Source: Armatimonadota bacterium
Lineage (GTDB): Bacteria > Armatimonadota > Fimbriimonadia > Fimbriimonadales > Fimbriimonadaceae
Assembly (NCBI GenBank): GCA_031400935.1
Contig: JANNQV010000018.1
Location: 1-64,000, forward strand
Reading direction: 5' to 3'
Length of the DNA stretch: 64,000 nucleotides
In this document: piece by piece, positions 50,581 through 60,700 of the stretch
Layout of the letters: every line of letters begins with the position of its first letter
Position numbering within the stretch: position 1 is the first letter of the stretch
Program-made: the position numbers and the translations under genes
The notes under the pieces: generated by a model
What the model saw: the letters and a program-made list of their open reading frames with translations, nothing else
The model's database searches: none
Told to the model about the DNA's origin: nothing

Positions 50581-50898
50581 TTACGGCAAAACGTCCTTTT
50601 TGATGCTAGCTCCGTTCTTCACACCATCTCCATTTGAGTCAAGATTCTCGACAGCTGCGAGAATTGCAGGAGTCAACTTCTTCGTGTTAGCCGCTTTCAT
50701 TGCGGCAGTCAAATCCTTGCCATAGCTGTTTAGCGGACCACCCTTTGCAGACATGTGGCAAAGTTTGCAACCTGCTGCTGCAATCGCCGAGCCTTCCTTG
50801 ACTTCGTACTTTTTGTCAAATACTTTGTCGTATGAGGTCAATGCCATGGCTGCTGCAGCGATGCCAGTTAACAATAGTAGTGTTGCTATTCTTTTCAT
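50581..50898 (-). CDS. Small secreted monoheme cytochrome c
   Basis: Signal peptide; CKLCH; NSYG; DSNGDG. Confidence 0.82.
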   Translation of the reverse strand: MKRIATLLLLTGIAAAAMALTSYDKVFDKKYEVKEGSAIAAAGCKLCHMSAKGGPLNSYGKDLTAAMKAANTKKLTPAILAAVENLDSNGDGVKNGASIKKDVLP

Positions 50899-50908
50899 GA
50901 TTTTTCTC

Positions 50909-53299
50909 CTAAATTGGTATGAATGGTCGTTTCAAAACTTCAAGTTCGCCGGATTCGACTTTCTTGGCGCGAACTGCGACTTTGCGAGCGACTCGGCGAT
51001 AGTAGGCAGACATGAATCCACCCATCGTCATAATTGCTGTACCTAGCCACACAAGACTAGTCATCGGCTTCACATAAATCTCTAACGGGTACATCGGCTT
51101 GGCAAGCTGAACTTGCAAAGTAACCGCTTTTGTTGCTGCATCCATGCCAGTCATTTGAACCTCAAACGAGTCGCCCAGTTTGCCTGCGTGCTGTTTCGTG
51201 CCAGACATTCCTAGTTCCATTTTGGGAGTTGTTGTAAAGGCTCCCTGTGCTGATTTGACGTTTAACTCGGCACCGAATTTCGTCCCCGCCATACCTGAAT
51301 CGCCGTCACGAACCATCTTTTTGTAGGTCATCGTATAGCCGGAAAACTCGCGCGATTCGCCCGGCTTCAAAGTGAAAGGCTCGGTTGCATCGCGCTGGGG
51401 CTCATGCATCGTAAAATAGAGGTCGTAAAACGCTGTTCGCTGAACGTGCGGCCACGCCATCGGGTCTTTGTGTCCGTCATCCTCGATGTAATAGAATCCA
51501 GGCGAAGCCACAAACTCGACTGGTTTTGAACCGTTCGCCGAAATGACTTCAAATTGCATCTTGTTTTCTCTATCGGCAAAGTTTGAAGTCATTCCCTTGT
51601 ACCGAATGGCGTAATCCATGAGAGTTCCAGGGTGGCCGTCCATGACGAACGTTTGAATCTTGCGCTCGAATCCGCGGGAAACAATGAGTCCAGCCATAAG
51701 CATCGCGATTCCGCTATGGGCGATGAACGAAGCCCAAGCCAGCTTGGAAGCTTTGCGAAGCTCGTACATTCGCCACGCTGTACCGACCAAAATCAAAACG
51801 CTGAGTCCAGCTAAGAACACAACCCATGCAAGATTCGAAATTTTCAATCCAAACGGGAAACTCGAAGTACCCGTCAGATCAGCTAGCTTGCCTAGAGGGC
51901 TGAAAACGACAGCTAAGAGAATGAATCCGCAGGCTCCGACCGCAATGCAGAACAATGAATAGGCTCGCTTTAGAATGTCCTTCAAGGATGCGCCGTTCCA
52001 CGCCACAAACGGAGCAATCGCCATGAGGATCATTATCGGCACGAATATCCAAGGAAGCACTTTGTGATAGGTAGCTTCTTCGACGACCTTTGGGGGCCTG
52101 CCCTGTAATGCCATAAAGAAGGGAATGCTCATCCCGATCATCGTCGCCAAACCCATGGTGCCCAAAAGCATCGCGCCAATGCGATAGATTCCTTCCCTGT
52201 GAAAGCCTTTGATTTCAGCGACAGGCGGCTCAACAATCTTTCGAGATTGGATGGCGCGAAAGCTCCAGAGTCCGAAAAACGATACGCTGGAAATCGCCAT
52301 CACGCCCATGAGCAAACGCAGTGCAGAGCGATCCATTTCGGCAAAGCTATGAACGCTTGCTTCGGCGAGAAATCCGCTTCGGGTCAAAAAAGTCCCATAT
52401 ACGAAGGTCAGAAACGGCAGCCCTCCCATGAGAAGATTTGCCATCTTCCACTTGTTCTTTACAACTTGGACAATGACCCCATGAATGAAGGCAGCGCAAA
52501 GACACCAAGGAACAAAGCTCACGTTCTCGACGGGATCCCACATCCAAAATCCGCCCCAGCCGAGAGTCTCGTAAGCCCAGAATCCGCCCATGCAAAGGCC
52601 GACTCCGACGAGAGTTGTCGAGAGGATCGCCCATGGTCGAACGATTCCAATCCATGCGTCGTGTTTATTGGTGATTAGAGCCGCCAAGGCAAGTGCAAAT
52701 AGAACGGTAAGCGAACCAAAGCCCATGAAGATAACTGGCGGATGAATCGTAACCCAGTAGTTTTGAAGAGATGGAGCCAGTCCTCTGCCATCGGCAGGAA
52801 CAACGGCTGCCCCTTCTGACAGGATGAGCTTGAAAGGAGACTCGTAGGCTAAGATCGCTACAATGGCACCTAGGAATCCCGAATAGATAATGCTGTACCA
52901 GCGGCGATATTCCCCAGTTCTGCCTACCGCAAGTAAGCCAAAAACTGCTGCAGCGACCGCCCAGAGCAGGAAGCTGCCTGGCTGGCCGGACCAGACTGCT
53001 GCAAGCTTGTAAATCAGCGGGTTCCTCAGATCTGAATGTGCCCAAATATATTCAAACTCAAACCGATTGTTGAGGAAGAGCGTTGCCAAACTCACAAAAA
53101 TCGCAATCGTCGACAGGCAACCTGCGGCAAAGGCGAATTTGCCGACTTTTTCGAACCGCGCATCTGACTTGCCGAAGAGCCATGCAAGTGCAGCGATCCC
53201 GAAAAACGCGACGGCGACGAGGACGCTTAAGCGTCCTGCGTCGCCGACGGTAAGAGACCATGCGGGCGGAGTAGCAACAGTTAGTGTATTGGCGTCCAT
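50909..53299 (-). CDS. ccmF: CcmF/NrfE-type heme lyase (cytochrome c maturation)
   Basis: WSGQPGS, IHPP, WAYETLGWGGFWMWDPVEN, GTFLTRSG and SVHSF motifs. Confidence 0.92.
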   Translation of the reverse strand: MDANTLTVATPPAWSLTVGDAGRLSVLVAVAFFGIAALAWLFGKSDARFEKVGKFAFAAGCLSTIAIFVSLATLFLNNRFEFEYIWAHSDLRNPLIYKLAAVWSGQPGSFLLWAVAAAVFGLLAVGRTGEYRRWYSIIYSGFLGAIVAILAYESPFKLILSEGAAVVPADGRGLAPSLQNYWVTIHPPVIFMGFGSLTVLFALALAALITNKHDAWIGIVRPWAILSTTLVGVGLCMGGFWAYETLGWGGFWMWDPVENVSFVPWCLCAAFIHGVIVQVVKNKWKMANLLMGGLPFLTFVYGTFLTRSGFLAEASVHSFAEMDRSALRLLMGVMAISSVSFFGLWSFRAIQSRKIVEPPVAEIKGFHREGIYRIGAMLLGTMGLATMIGMSIPFFMALQGRPPKVVEEATYHKVLPWIFVPIMILMAIAPFVAWNGASLKDILKRAYSLFCIAVGACGFILLAVVFSPLGKLADLTGTSSFPFGLKISNLAWVVFLAGLSVLILVGTAWRMYELRKASKLAWASFIAHSGIAMLMAGLIVSRGFERKIQTFVMDGHPGTLMDYAIRYKGMTSNFADRENKMQFEVISANGSKPVEFVASPGFYYIEDDGHKDPMAWPHVQRTAFYDLYFTMHEPQRDATEPFTLKPGESREFSGYTMTYKKMVRDGDSGMAGTKFGAELNVKSAQGAFTTTPKMELGMSGTKQHAGKLGDSFEVQMTGMDAATKAVTLQVQLAKPMYPLEIYVKPMTSLVWLGTAIMTMGGFMSAYYRRVARKVAVRAKKVESGELEVLKRPFIPI

Positions 53300-53382
53300 G
53301 GTCTTTTCAGCTTGAGAATGAAGATCGTTTACAAGAGATTTGGTGGGTGCCGGTCAGGGGAAATGACCGGCACCCTCAGCGG

Positions 53383-54828
53383 TTAGTGATCATTCTCCGT
53401 CATATCCGCAACAGATGCTTTCTTCGCATCTCTCTCCAGTATCTGAAGCTTTGCAGCGACAGAGATGTTTGTTGGTCGAGCCGGAGGAATCGTAAGATCG
53501 TCCATGTTTTGGTTGGCAATCATGATTAGGTGCTTTGCATACGGAGCGTTATGGGCTCCATAGTCACCAGACCGGATGACGAAGTAGTAGTTGTGCCGTG
53601 AGCGTTTGATCTGAATCGGCACGCCAGACTGCGTTGGCGGCGTACCACCTTCAGCTGTGATGTTTGACGTGTATTCCCAATACAGGTCATTGCCATACGT
53701 AGTTGTTGCCCAAGCTTCCATGCGCAGTTTCAACGCATATAGCTGGTTTATGATCGTGTCCTTTTCGTTCTGAATACGAACAGCGGCATCTTGGGCCGTG
53801 TGGCAAGGCGAACAGCTCTTATCATAGCTAACCGTGAACGTATGCCGCGAATCGGGCATGTGGCACTTGCTGCATTGCCCCGGAATTGTTGCATGGGTCG
53901 TGTTGCGTTCCACCGGCCCAGATCCTTCAACACCTCCAAAACCCATCAGCATGTTGTATTGATTGCTGTCATGCATGCTCGGGCGGCTTGTACCTGAGTT
54001 CAGCTTTGCATCAGCAGGATCAGTACCCCTTCCGTTGTGGCATTGTGCGCAACTGTGATCGAATGTAGTGAAAGAAGCTGCTGTGCTGCTTGGGCCAACA
54101 GGTGTAATGTCCGTGTTGAACGTCTTTCGACGCAATTGCACTTCCTTTCCATCATCAGTCAGGTTTCCAGTTTTGCCGTGCGGATCGTGGCAGCTCACAC
54201 AGTCAGCGACATGTGGAACTGGACCCATGGTTGCTCGGCAATACTCTTGTATTTCGGCATCCGTCATAGCCCCCAAATCTGCCCCATTGTTGATCGCAGC
54301 ACGAACAACGCCGCTATGGCAGGCTATGCATCGGGACGTCCTGCCGTATTGGCCGGGATTCAAAATCGCATTTGCCACGGGGCTTGCAACGAGCTTGCTA
54401 TGTTGCGAGACGTTGAATTGGTCATGCGCGGTCCCATGGCACTGGCCGCAGATCACTGGAGAAGCCGTAAGTGGGAAAGTGAGGATTTTGCCTACGGTTT
54501 CCGGATCAGCGGCATGCTCGCTTCCAGGCCCATGGCATCGCTCGCAACCGACACCTTTGTCGAAGTGAACCGTGTCTCTCCAATGCTCATATATTGTTTC
54601 TCCATCGGTTGCTCCACCATGGCAAACGGCAGTAGCACACGATTCGCTACCGATATAGGTTGCATCCCTTTGTTCCGGTGAAAGAAGTGCTAGGAACGCC
54701 GCAGTAGGTGCAGGAAGCCCTCCAGGATTCCCCGTCGGACCACCTTCGCCGCCACAGCTTTGCAACGCCAGCAAGGCCGCTGCAAAAGGGATGGCTGCGA
54801 ACGCTGTTAAAAACCATTTATATTTCAT
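53383..54828 (-). CDS. Octaheme cytochrome c lipoprotein
   Basis: Lipobox LQSC; CATAVCH plus seven CxxCH motifs (CERCH, CGQCH, CIACH, CVSCH, CAQCH, CSKCH, CSPCH); helical C-terminus with GAHNAPY. Confidence 0.88.
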   Translation of the reverse strand: MKYKWFLTAFAAIPFAAALLALQSCGGEGGPTGNPGGLPAPTAAFLALLSPEQRDATYIGSESCATAVCHGGATDGETIYEHWRDTVHFDKGVGCERCHGPGSEHAADPETVGKILTFPLTASPVICGQCHGTAHDQFNVSQHSKLVASPVANAILNPGQYGRTSRCIACHSGVVRAAINNGADLGAMTDAEIQEYCRATMGPVPHVADCVSCHDPHGKTGNLTDDGKEVQLRRKTFNTDITPVGPSSTAASFTTFDHSCAQCHNGRGTDPADAKLNSGTSRPSMHDSNQYNMLMGFGGVEGSGPVERNTTHATIPGQCSKCHMPDSRHTFTVSYDKSCSPCHTAQDAAVRIQNEKDTIINQLYALKLRMEAWATTTYGNDLYWEYTSNITAEGGTPPTQSGVPIQIKRSRHNYYFVIRSGDYGAHNAPYAKHLIMIANQNMDDLTIPPARPTNISVAAKLQILERDAKKASVADMTENDH

Positions 54829-54877
54829 TGCTTTTCTCCGCAGATTTGTCGCTTTATCATCAAATTCATTTTTCTTT

Positions 54878-56533
54878 TCAAAACTTCGTTGCAAAACTAA
54901 CTGAAACCACCGTTGCGCGATAGCCCATTTGGCTTACGAGCCGATCCGTGTAGCTCCAAGGAGCAACAGTTACTTCAAACCGCCTGTCCTCTTTCAGCTG
55001 CTTTAGATAGTGCAGCGTCAATTGGGTGCTTCGGATGTTGCCACCATCCAACAGGAGAGGGTTTTCATTCCTTGCGAAGAAATGAGACACTCCTAGAGTC
55101 AGGCTCGATGTTGGCCCCAGCGTCCAAGTTGCCCCACCAGCAAGCGAGATGCCGGAAGGAAAGAATTGGTCAAGTCGAATTCCTGTTTCTTCGAATCCGT
55201 GGCTGACCGAATAGGTTTCTGCAATCATCTCCAAATATGCAGAAGTTGCCTCGTTGGCCAGCCAATTGCCGCCCAGAGTTAACGTATGGCCATAAACATT
55301 GACTGCCCTCGGTCCATTCTGATCGTAGCTAAAATCGTAAACTCCATAGCCGCTGAAATTTTCATTGCCGCCGTCCAACTTAAATTGGCCACGGATCCTT
55401 TCATCGAAGATCAGTTGCCTCTCGTCCCCGCCGATGGGCCGAGGAGGGTTGTTCGCGTGATCCCAGCTTCCCTTCATGGCGTATCGAAGATCGCCTGGGA
55501 GTTTGCTCGACCACTTGGCTTCTATTCGATCGAAGGACGGCACGTCAACGAATTCGAAATCGTCGCGAAACCGTTCTGATTCTTTATGGCGAATCCCGAA
55601 CTGGAATGTGCCGTTAGGCTGTCGGTTTCGGAAACTGACGCCCGCATCCATTCGCTTGCGAACGAAATTGTTCTCAGCGTTCGGAAGTTCGAAACTCTCG
55701 TTTCTTGCATAAAAGCTGACGGTGGTGTCATCGGCTATTTCCATTAGTCCCTCGAGACCCCATCGGGTCGCTTGGCTGTCGAAGAAGAAGTTCTGCTCGA
55801 TGTTCGTTCGGGAGTACGAGCCGCTCAAACTGAAGTTCGGGCTCACTTGAACGCCGTAAGACGCATTCAGGCTTCGCCTCGTCGAATTCGGATTCTCACC
55901 TGTTCGATCTAAATAGCGATAATTCGAGTAGGTTAACGCTGCATCGCCGCCAAACAATGTTCCCGAAATTCCGGCAAGTGTTTGTCGAGTTCGATCCAGA
56001 ATCTCTTCTTTGGGAGGCTCGTAGTATCGGTTTTGGCGGCGTTCGTCAACTTGAACAAACGCAGAAAGCGAGGGCGTTACCGCATAAGTCAGACTTCCTT
56101 GCAATGCTCGGTTTCGGCTCTCTTCTATCGGAATTGGGGTTGGGTCGTAAGAGCGATTTTCGATCCCTTGCAACCGAGCGAAAATCCGCCCGCCAAACAC
56201 TAGCTCGGCTTCACCTGCAATGTCTCCATCTGCCACTCCTCGAACGCCAAATCTGAATGAGCTTCCACGTTCGTTTGAGGGAGAAACCATCCCGAAATCG
56301 CGAAGCACGAAACCCATTGGAACCGTTGCATATTGGTTTAACCGATGGCGATTACCAGATAATCCGCTCCAATCCGCAAAGCCTGCGTCAATCCACCATC
56401 GCTTCGCAGGCTTAACTACTTCGTCCTCAGGCACTGGAACAGCGGGGGGAGTTTCTTGCGCCGCAGCCACGACCGCAAACGCCGTCACGGCGAGGATCAT
56501 CGTGGCTTTTCGGTTACGGCTGGCAAACATCAT
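54878..56533 (-). CDS. MtrB/PioB-like outer-membrane beta-barrel
   Basis: Signal peptide, amphipathic strands and C-terminal Phe; directly downstream of the decaheme gene; AAGGAG RBS. Confidence 0.75.
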   Translation of the reverse strand: MMFASRNRKATMILAVTAFAVVAAAQETPPAVPVPEDEVVKPAKRWWIDAGFADWSGLSGNRHRLNQYATVPMGFVLRDFGMVSPSNERGSSFRFGVRGVADGDIAGEAELVFGGRIFARLQGIENRSYDPTPIPIEESRNRALQGSLTYAVTPSLSAFVQVDERRQNRYYEPPKEEILDRTRQTLAGISGTLFGGDAALTYSNYRYLDRTGENPNSTRRSLNASYGVQVSPNFSLSGSYSRTNIEQNFFFDSQATRWGLEGLMEIADDTTVSFYARNESFELPNAENNFVRKRMDAGVSFRNRQPNGTFQFGIRHKESERFRDDFEFVDVPSFDRIEAKWSSKLPGDLRYAMKGSWDHANNPPRPIGGDERQLIFDERIRGQFKLDGGNENFSGYGVYDFSYDQNGPRAVNVYGHTLTLGGNWLANEATSAYLEMIAETYSVSHGFEETGIRLDQFFPSGISLAGGATWTLGPTSSLTLGVSHFFARNENPLLLDGGNIRSTQLTLHYLKQLKEDRRFEVTVAPWSYTDRLVSQMGYRATVVSVSFATKF

Positions 56534-56540
56534 AAACTCC

Positions 56541-57518
56541 TTAGGGTTGCAAGAAATGAGGGCTCGAGTTGCTACCGTGCGATGCAACATGGCACCCGGC
56601 AGTCCAGCAGGTTCGGCCAGGATAGTGCGATCCCAACTTTTCGGTATGGCATTGGGCGCAGAGACCGCGAGAAAAAGATTTCAGCATTTTGGGATTGCCG
56701 GAGCCGTGAGGCTTGTGGCATTCCATGCATCCTTCCGCACTATGTCCCGCTACCGGATCGTGCTCAAAAGCAAAAGGCCCTTCAAATTGACTGTGGCAAG
56801 TAACGCAGTTATCCTTTGTGTGCGCGACTTTGCCTTTTGCCGATTTCGAGGGATGAACGGTGTGGCAGTCACTACAAACCATTCCACCCTCTGGGACGGG
56901 GTGATGAGACGGTAATCTGAATTTGGCGACTTCGCTTGCATGGCATTGGCCGCAAAGTGTGATTTCGTCGGCCATCAATAGTGCTTTCGCCTTAATTTTT
57001 GCGACGTGCACCGCTTCTTTTGGATTTTGAGGCGGCGGCTTTCCAGATCGTGTAACCCAATTGGGTTCGCTGTCAGGGTGAATCTGATGGCACGAAACGC
57101 ATGAGAGGTCGGCTTGGCTGTGGGAGGAAAGTTTCCAATGACGCTCGCTCAGCGTGGATTCGTGGCATCGGAGACAAGCTGCGGAGGACTCCTTTGGCTT
57201 CATAGTTCGGAACGCAATGACTTCTGGGTTCTCGTCAGCTTGGTGAATGAATCCGGCGCCGTGGCACCCTTCGCAACCTTGCTTTTCAAGCGGCGCGTTC
57301 GGGTTCTTCATATAGGCTTCGTGGCCGGATCCCAGAAATGCCGCAACTTTCTTTGCGTGGCAGTCATTGCAACCCGAATCGCCCATAAAGTCATCGGCCT
57401 TAGCGCGGGCAAAAATCTTTTGGGCTTGGCTAGGAGCAGTCCTTTGCTGATTCGCCGCAACGCCAGCGACAAGGAAAGTGGCTATTCCTGCGGCTAAGAT
57501 GATTGCTTCGATTCGCAC
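56541..57518 (-). CDS. MtrA/MtoA/DmsE-family decaheme cytochrome c
   Basis: Nine CxxCH motifs plus CWTAGCH; FRLPSHHPVPEG and GPFAFEHDPV motifs; signal peptide. Confidence 0.9.
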   Translation of the reverse strand: MRIEAIILAAGIATFLVAGVAANQQRTAPSQAQKIFARAKADDFMGDSGCNDCHAKKVAAFLGSGHEAYMKNPNAPLEKQGCEGCHGAGFIHQADENPEVIAFRTMKPKESSAACLRCHESTLSERHWKLSSHSQADLSCVSCHQIHPDSEPNWVTRSGKPPPQNPKEAVHVAKIKAKALLMADEITLCGQCHASEVAKFRLPSHHPVPEGGMVCSDCHTVHPSKSAKGKVAHTKDNCVTCHSQFEGPFAFEHDPVAGHSAEGCMECHKPHGSGNPKMLKSFSRGLCAQCHTEKLGSHYPGRTCWTAGCHVASHGSNSSPHFLQP

Positions 57519-57795
57519 GAGATTCTCCTTGTTTTGCCGAACCTTTCTTTAGCTACACAACTCTCTTTCCATCTGGCTTTAGATAGGTTCGCCTGAACTC
57601 ATTGTATCAATCAAGTTGGTGTTTTTACAGGTAGTTTGCCTCCATAAAACTATGAAAAAAAGTATAGTTTGAGGTTTAGGTTCAACGAAACAAATGAAAC
57701 TTTACAATTCTTACATTTCAATAAATAGTGAAAGTTGAAATTGGTTGCAAAAGCAGCTCATTCGTTCGCTGTTTCCCTTAGACTTTGTCAAGCCG

Positions 57796-60700
57796 TCAGT
57801 TGGTTTCGCCGACATCCCGCGAAGCTTCTTCGTCAGGCTCGTTAACCGGCCAAGACCATTCCCTCCCGAGAAACGTCCTGTTGATCCAGCAAATGAAGTC
57901 ATCCACGTACGTGTGCATGATCGGGATGTCGAAGAGGCTGAGGATCGTTCCCATTATCAGGCCGCCAACTACCGCCATAGCTAGCGGTTGGTAAGCATCT
58001 AGCCCTGTCTTTGGCGCAAAGGCAACAGGCATCATGACAAGGAGCGTTATGCCGACGGTCATGAGAATAGGGCGTAGCCGGTCAGGGCATGCCCTTATAA
58101 TTGCCTCGTCTCTTGGAATCCCCTTGTCTCGATACCGCATGATGAGGTCAATCATCAGAACGGCTGTCGTGATGTCCATGCCCGTAAGAACAATGATTCC
58201 GAGTATCGAAACGGTCGAAAAAGCTTGGTGAGCCAGCCAAAGTGCGATGAAAACGCCTGCAAGTTCCAATGGAAGCGACGCAAGCATTTGCAGAGGCTGC
58301 AAAAAGCCTCGGAACTGGATGACTAGGACCAAATACATGAGCACCAAAGCTAGCCCAAGCCCGCTGACGAGGCGCCGAAAGCTGTCCATCATCTGAGTCA
58401 TGTCGCCGCGCATTTCCATACCGTAACCGGGCGGAAAGTTGACTGGTTTGATCCCGAGTTTCTCGTTGCCACCGTATGCATTGGCGACGAGATTCATAAC
58501 CACATCCATGCTTGGCAAGTCTCCAATTCGGTAATAGCCGGATACCCCCATCACCCGCTTCAGCCCGTCATGCTCGATTGCGGTCGGTGCGACATGGCGC
58601 TGGATTTCGGCTACAGATTTGATTGGAATCTGCTCGCCAGTTCCAGTCGTGATGTATAGATTTTCAAGATCGGTTGGGGTCTCACGATCCTCTTTGTCGT
58701 ATCGCACAAGAATCGTGTTCTGGCGGAGATTCGGTAAGCGGTAGAACTCATTAGTCAGTCCACCGCGAAGTGCATAGTAAGCTTGTTGCGAAATGGATTC
58801 TGGGGAAAGCCCAACTTCTTGCGCTCTTTGAGGATCAACTTTGATCTGATAATCCGGCAAGCCCATTGACCATGTTCGCGACGACTGATACATCTCTGGC
58901 ATCTTGTGTGCAACAGCCTCGACTTCTCGCCCAAGGCGATCAAGTTCGAAGAGGTCTGGGCCGTAGATGTTCACATGGATCGGCGCAGCGGCAGTCGCCA
59001 TGACATCCGATCCCATTTCCTTAATCTGGATTCGCCGAAGCCCGGGAATCGTTTCCAAAGCTTCTTTGTGGATTGCATCCATTATCTGAAATATCGTTTT
59101 GCCGCGCGAATCCTTATCACTGAACGTCAACATCATTGCCGCGGCATTCACTTGTGGCATTTGGTAGCCCGTGTAAAACGGAGTCCACGTCTCAAACATG
59201 GATTCAGCACCGATTTCAATGCTCGCTTTTTCAAGCTCGGGGTGTTTTGCGATGATCGTCTCAAGCTTTTTGACTGCGTTTTCCGTACCCTTGTAGGAAG
59301 TTCCAGGCTCCATTTCCATGAACCCCACGGCTTGTCCAGTATCGGCAAGAGGCATCATTTCTGAACCAATAAAGTAGTAGAAAGAGAATCCGATTATCAG
59401 AACAGCAAGCACGCGCGTGAAGTTAAGAAACCGATGCTTGAGAGTCCAGGCAATAGCCCGTGAATACCAGCCCTCCAATCTGTCAAGCCCTTGTTGGAAT
59501 GGGTCTAGCAAGACATAGAGCCATTTGAGAAGTGGCTTCTTTCGGTCTTCGTCCCGTGCTTCTTCGTGGCGAAGCAGTTTGGCGCAAAGCAAAGCGTTCA
59601 ATGTGAACGAAACAAGCATCGAGGCAAGTAGCCCAAAAATGAGCGGCCAAACGAGCTCGACAAACATGAGCCCCACAATGCCGCCAGAAAATAGAAGAGG
59701 CAACAACGCAAGCACGATCATCAGGGTGGAAGCGATGACTGCCACTCGAACTTCAGCGATTCCATCAATTGTAGCTGTCTTTGGGTCTTTGCCCATCCGC
59801 AGGTGCCGCTCGACAGCGTGGATGTCAATGATGCTGTCGTCCACCAACCTGCCGATGGAAAGCAAAAGCCCGATCAAAGTCCCGCTATTGAAAGTCATGC
59901 CGAAGGGCAGCATCATCAGAATCGCAAGTGCCAAGGAAGTTGGCAAGGTGACCATCGCAATGACGGTGCCACGCCATTCCCCCAAGAAAAGGAGAACGGC
60001 AATCGCTGTAAGAAGAATCGCAAGCCCAAGCTCATGCCAGACGTTGTTAAAGAGAATTTCGACAAAACTTGCGTTGTCGTAAGCGACTTCGATTTTTAAT
60101 CCCGGATTCTCGCTTTCAATTTGCTCAACGACCGTCATGATTGCTGGAACGACGGTAGCCGAACTTGCCCCTGGGTTTTGGATGATGGAGACTTCAATTG
60201 CTTCAGACACCACCGCTGCTTTATTTTTGTTTTGGCTGAGGAAGCGGTAACCGCTACGCTTTTCCCAATGCGAATCCTCAACCCGAGCCACATCCCTTAC
60301 GTAAATGACCCGAGGAGATCGCTTAGCACCACCATTTGAATTTCCTTGAACAACCGAACTAGATGGAGCCGAACCGCCGCCCATTCCCATTGCTCCGCCT
60401 CCTGAGCTAGGTTGAATAGGAGTGACATTGCTTGTATCTCCGAATCCAGTAACCGGATAACTGAGCACATCTTCAGCAGATGTGGCACGTGAATCCACTC
60501 GAACAATTCCTTCCGTCGAACCTTGCGTAAGGGTTCCAGAAGATCGGGTCACGTTAAAGCGGTCAATGGCGTCTCGCACGTTCAAAATGGAAAGTCCGTA
60601 CCCTGCCAGCTTTTCCCGGTCCACAACTACTTGCATTTGCCTGCGGTATCCGCCGAAAGGCACTACGGAATACACATTCGTCACTGCTTTCAGGCGGCGA

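Noticed and set aside
53383..54828. NrfA or octaheme nitrite reductase
   Set aside because: There is no CxxCK catalytic heme motif; only the C-terminal helical region is reminiscent.
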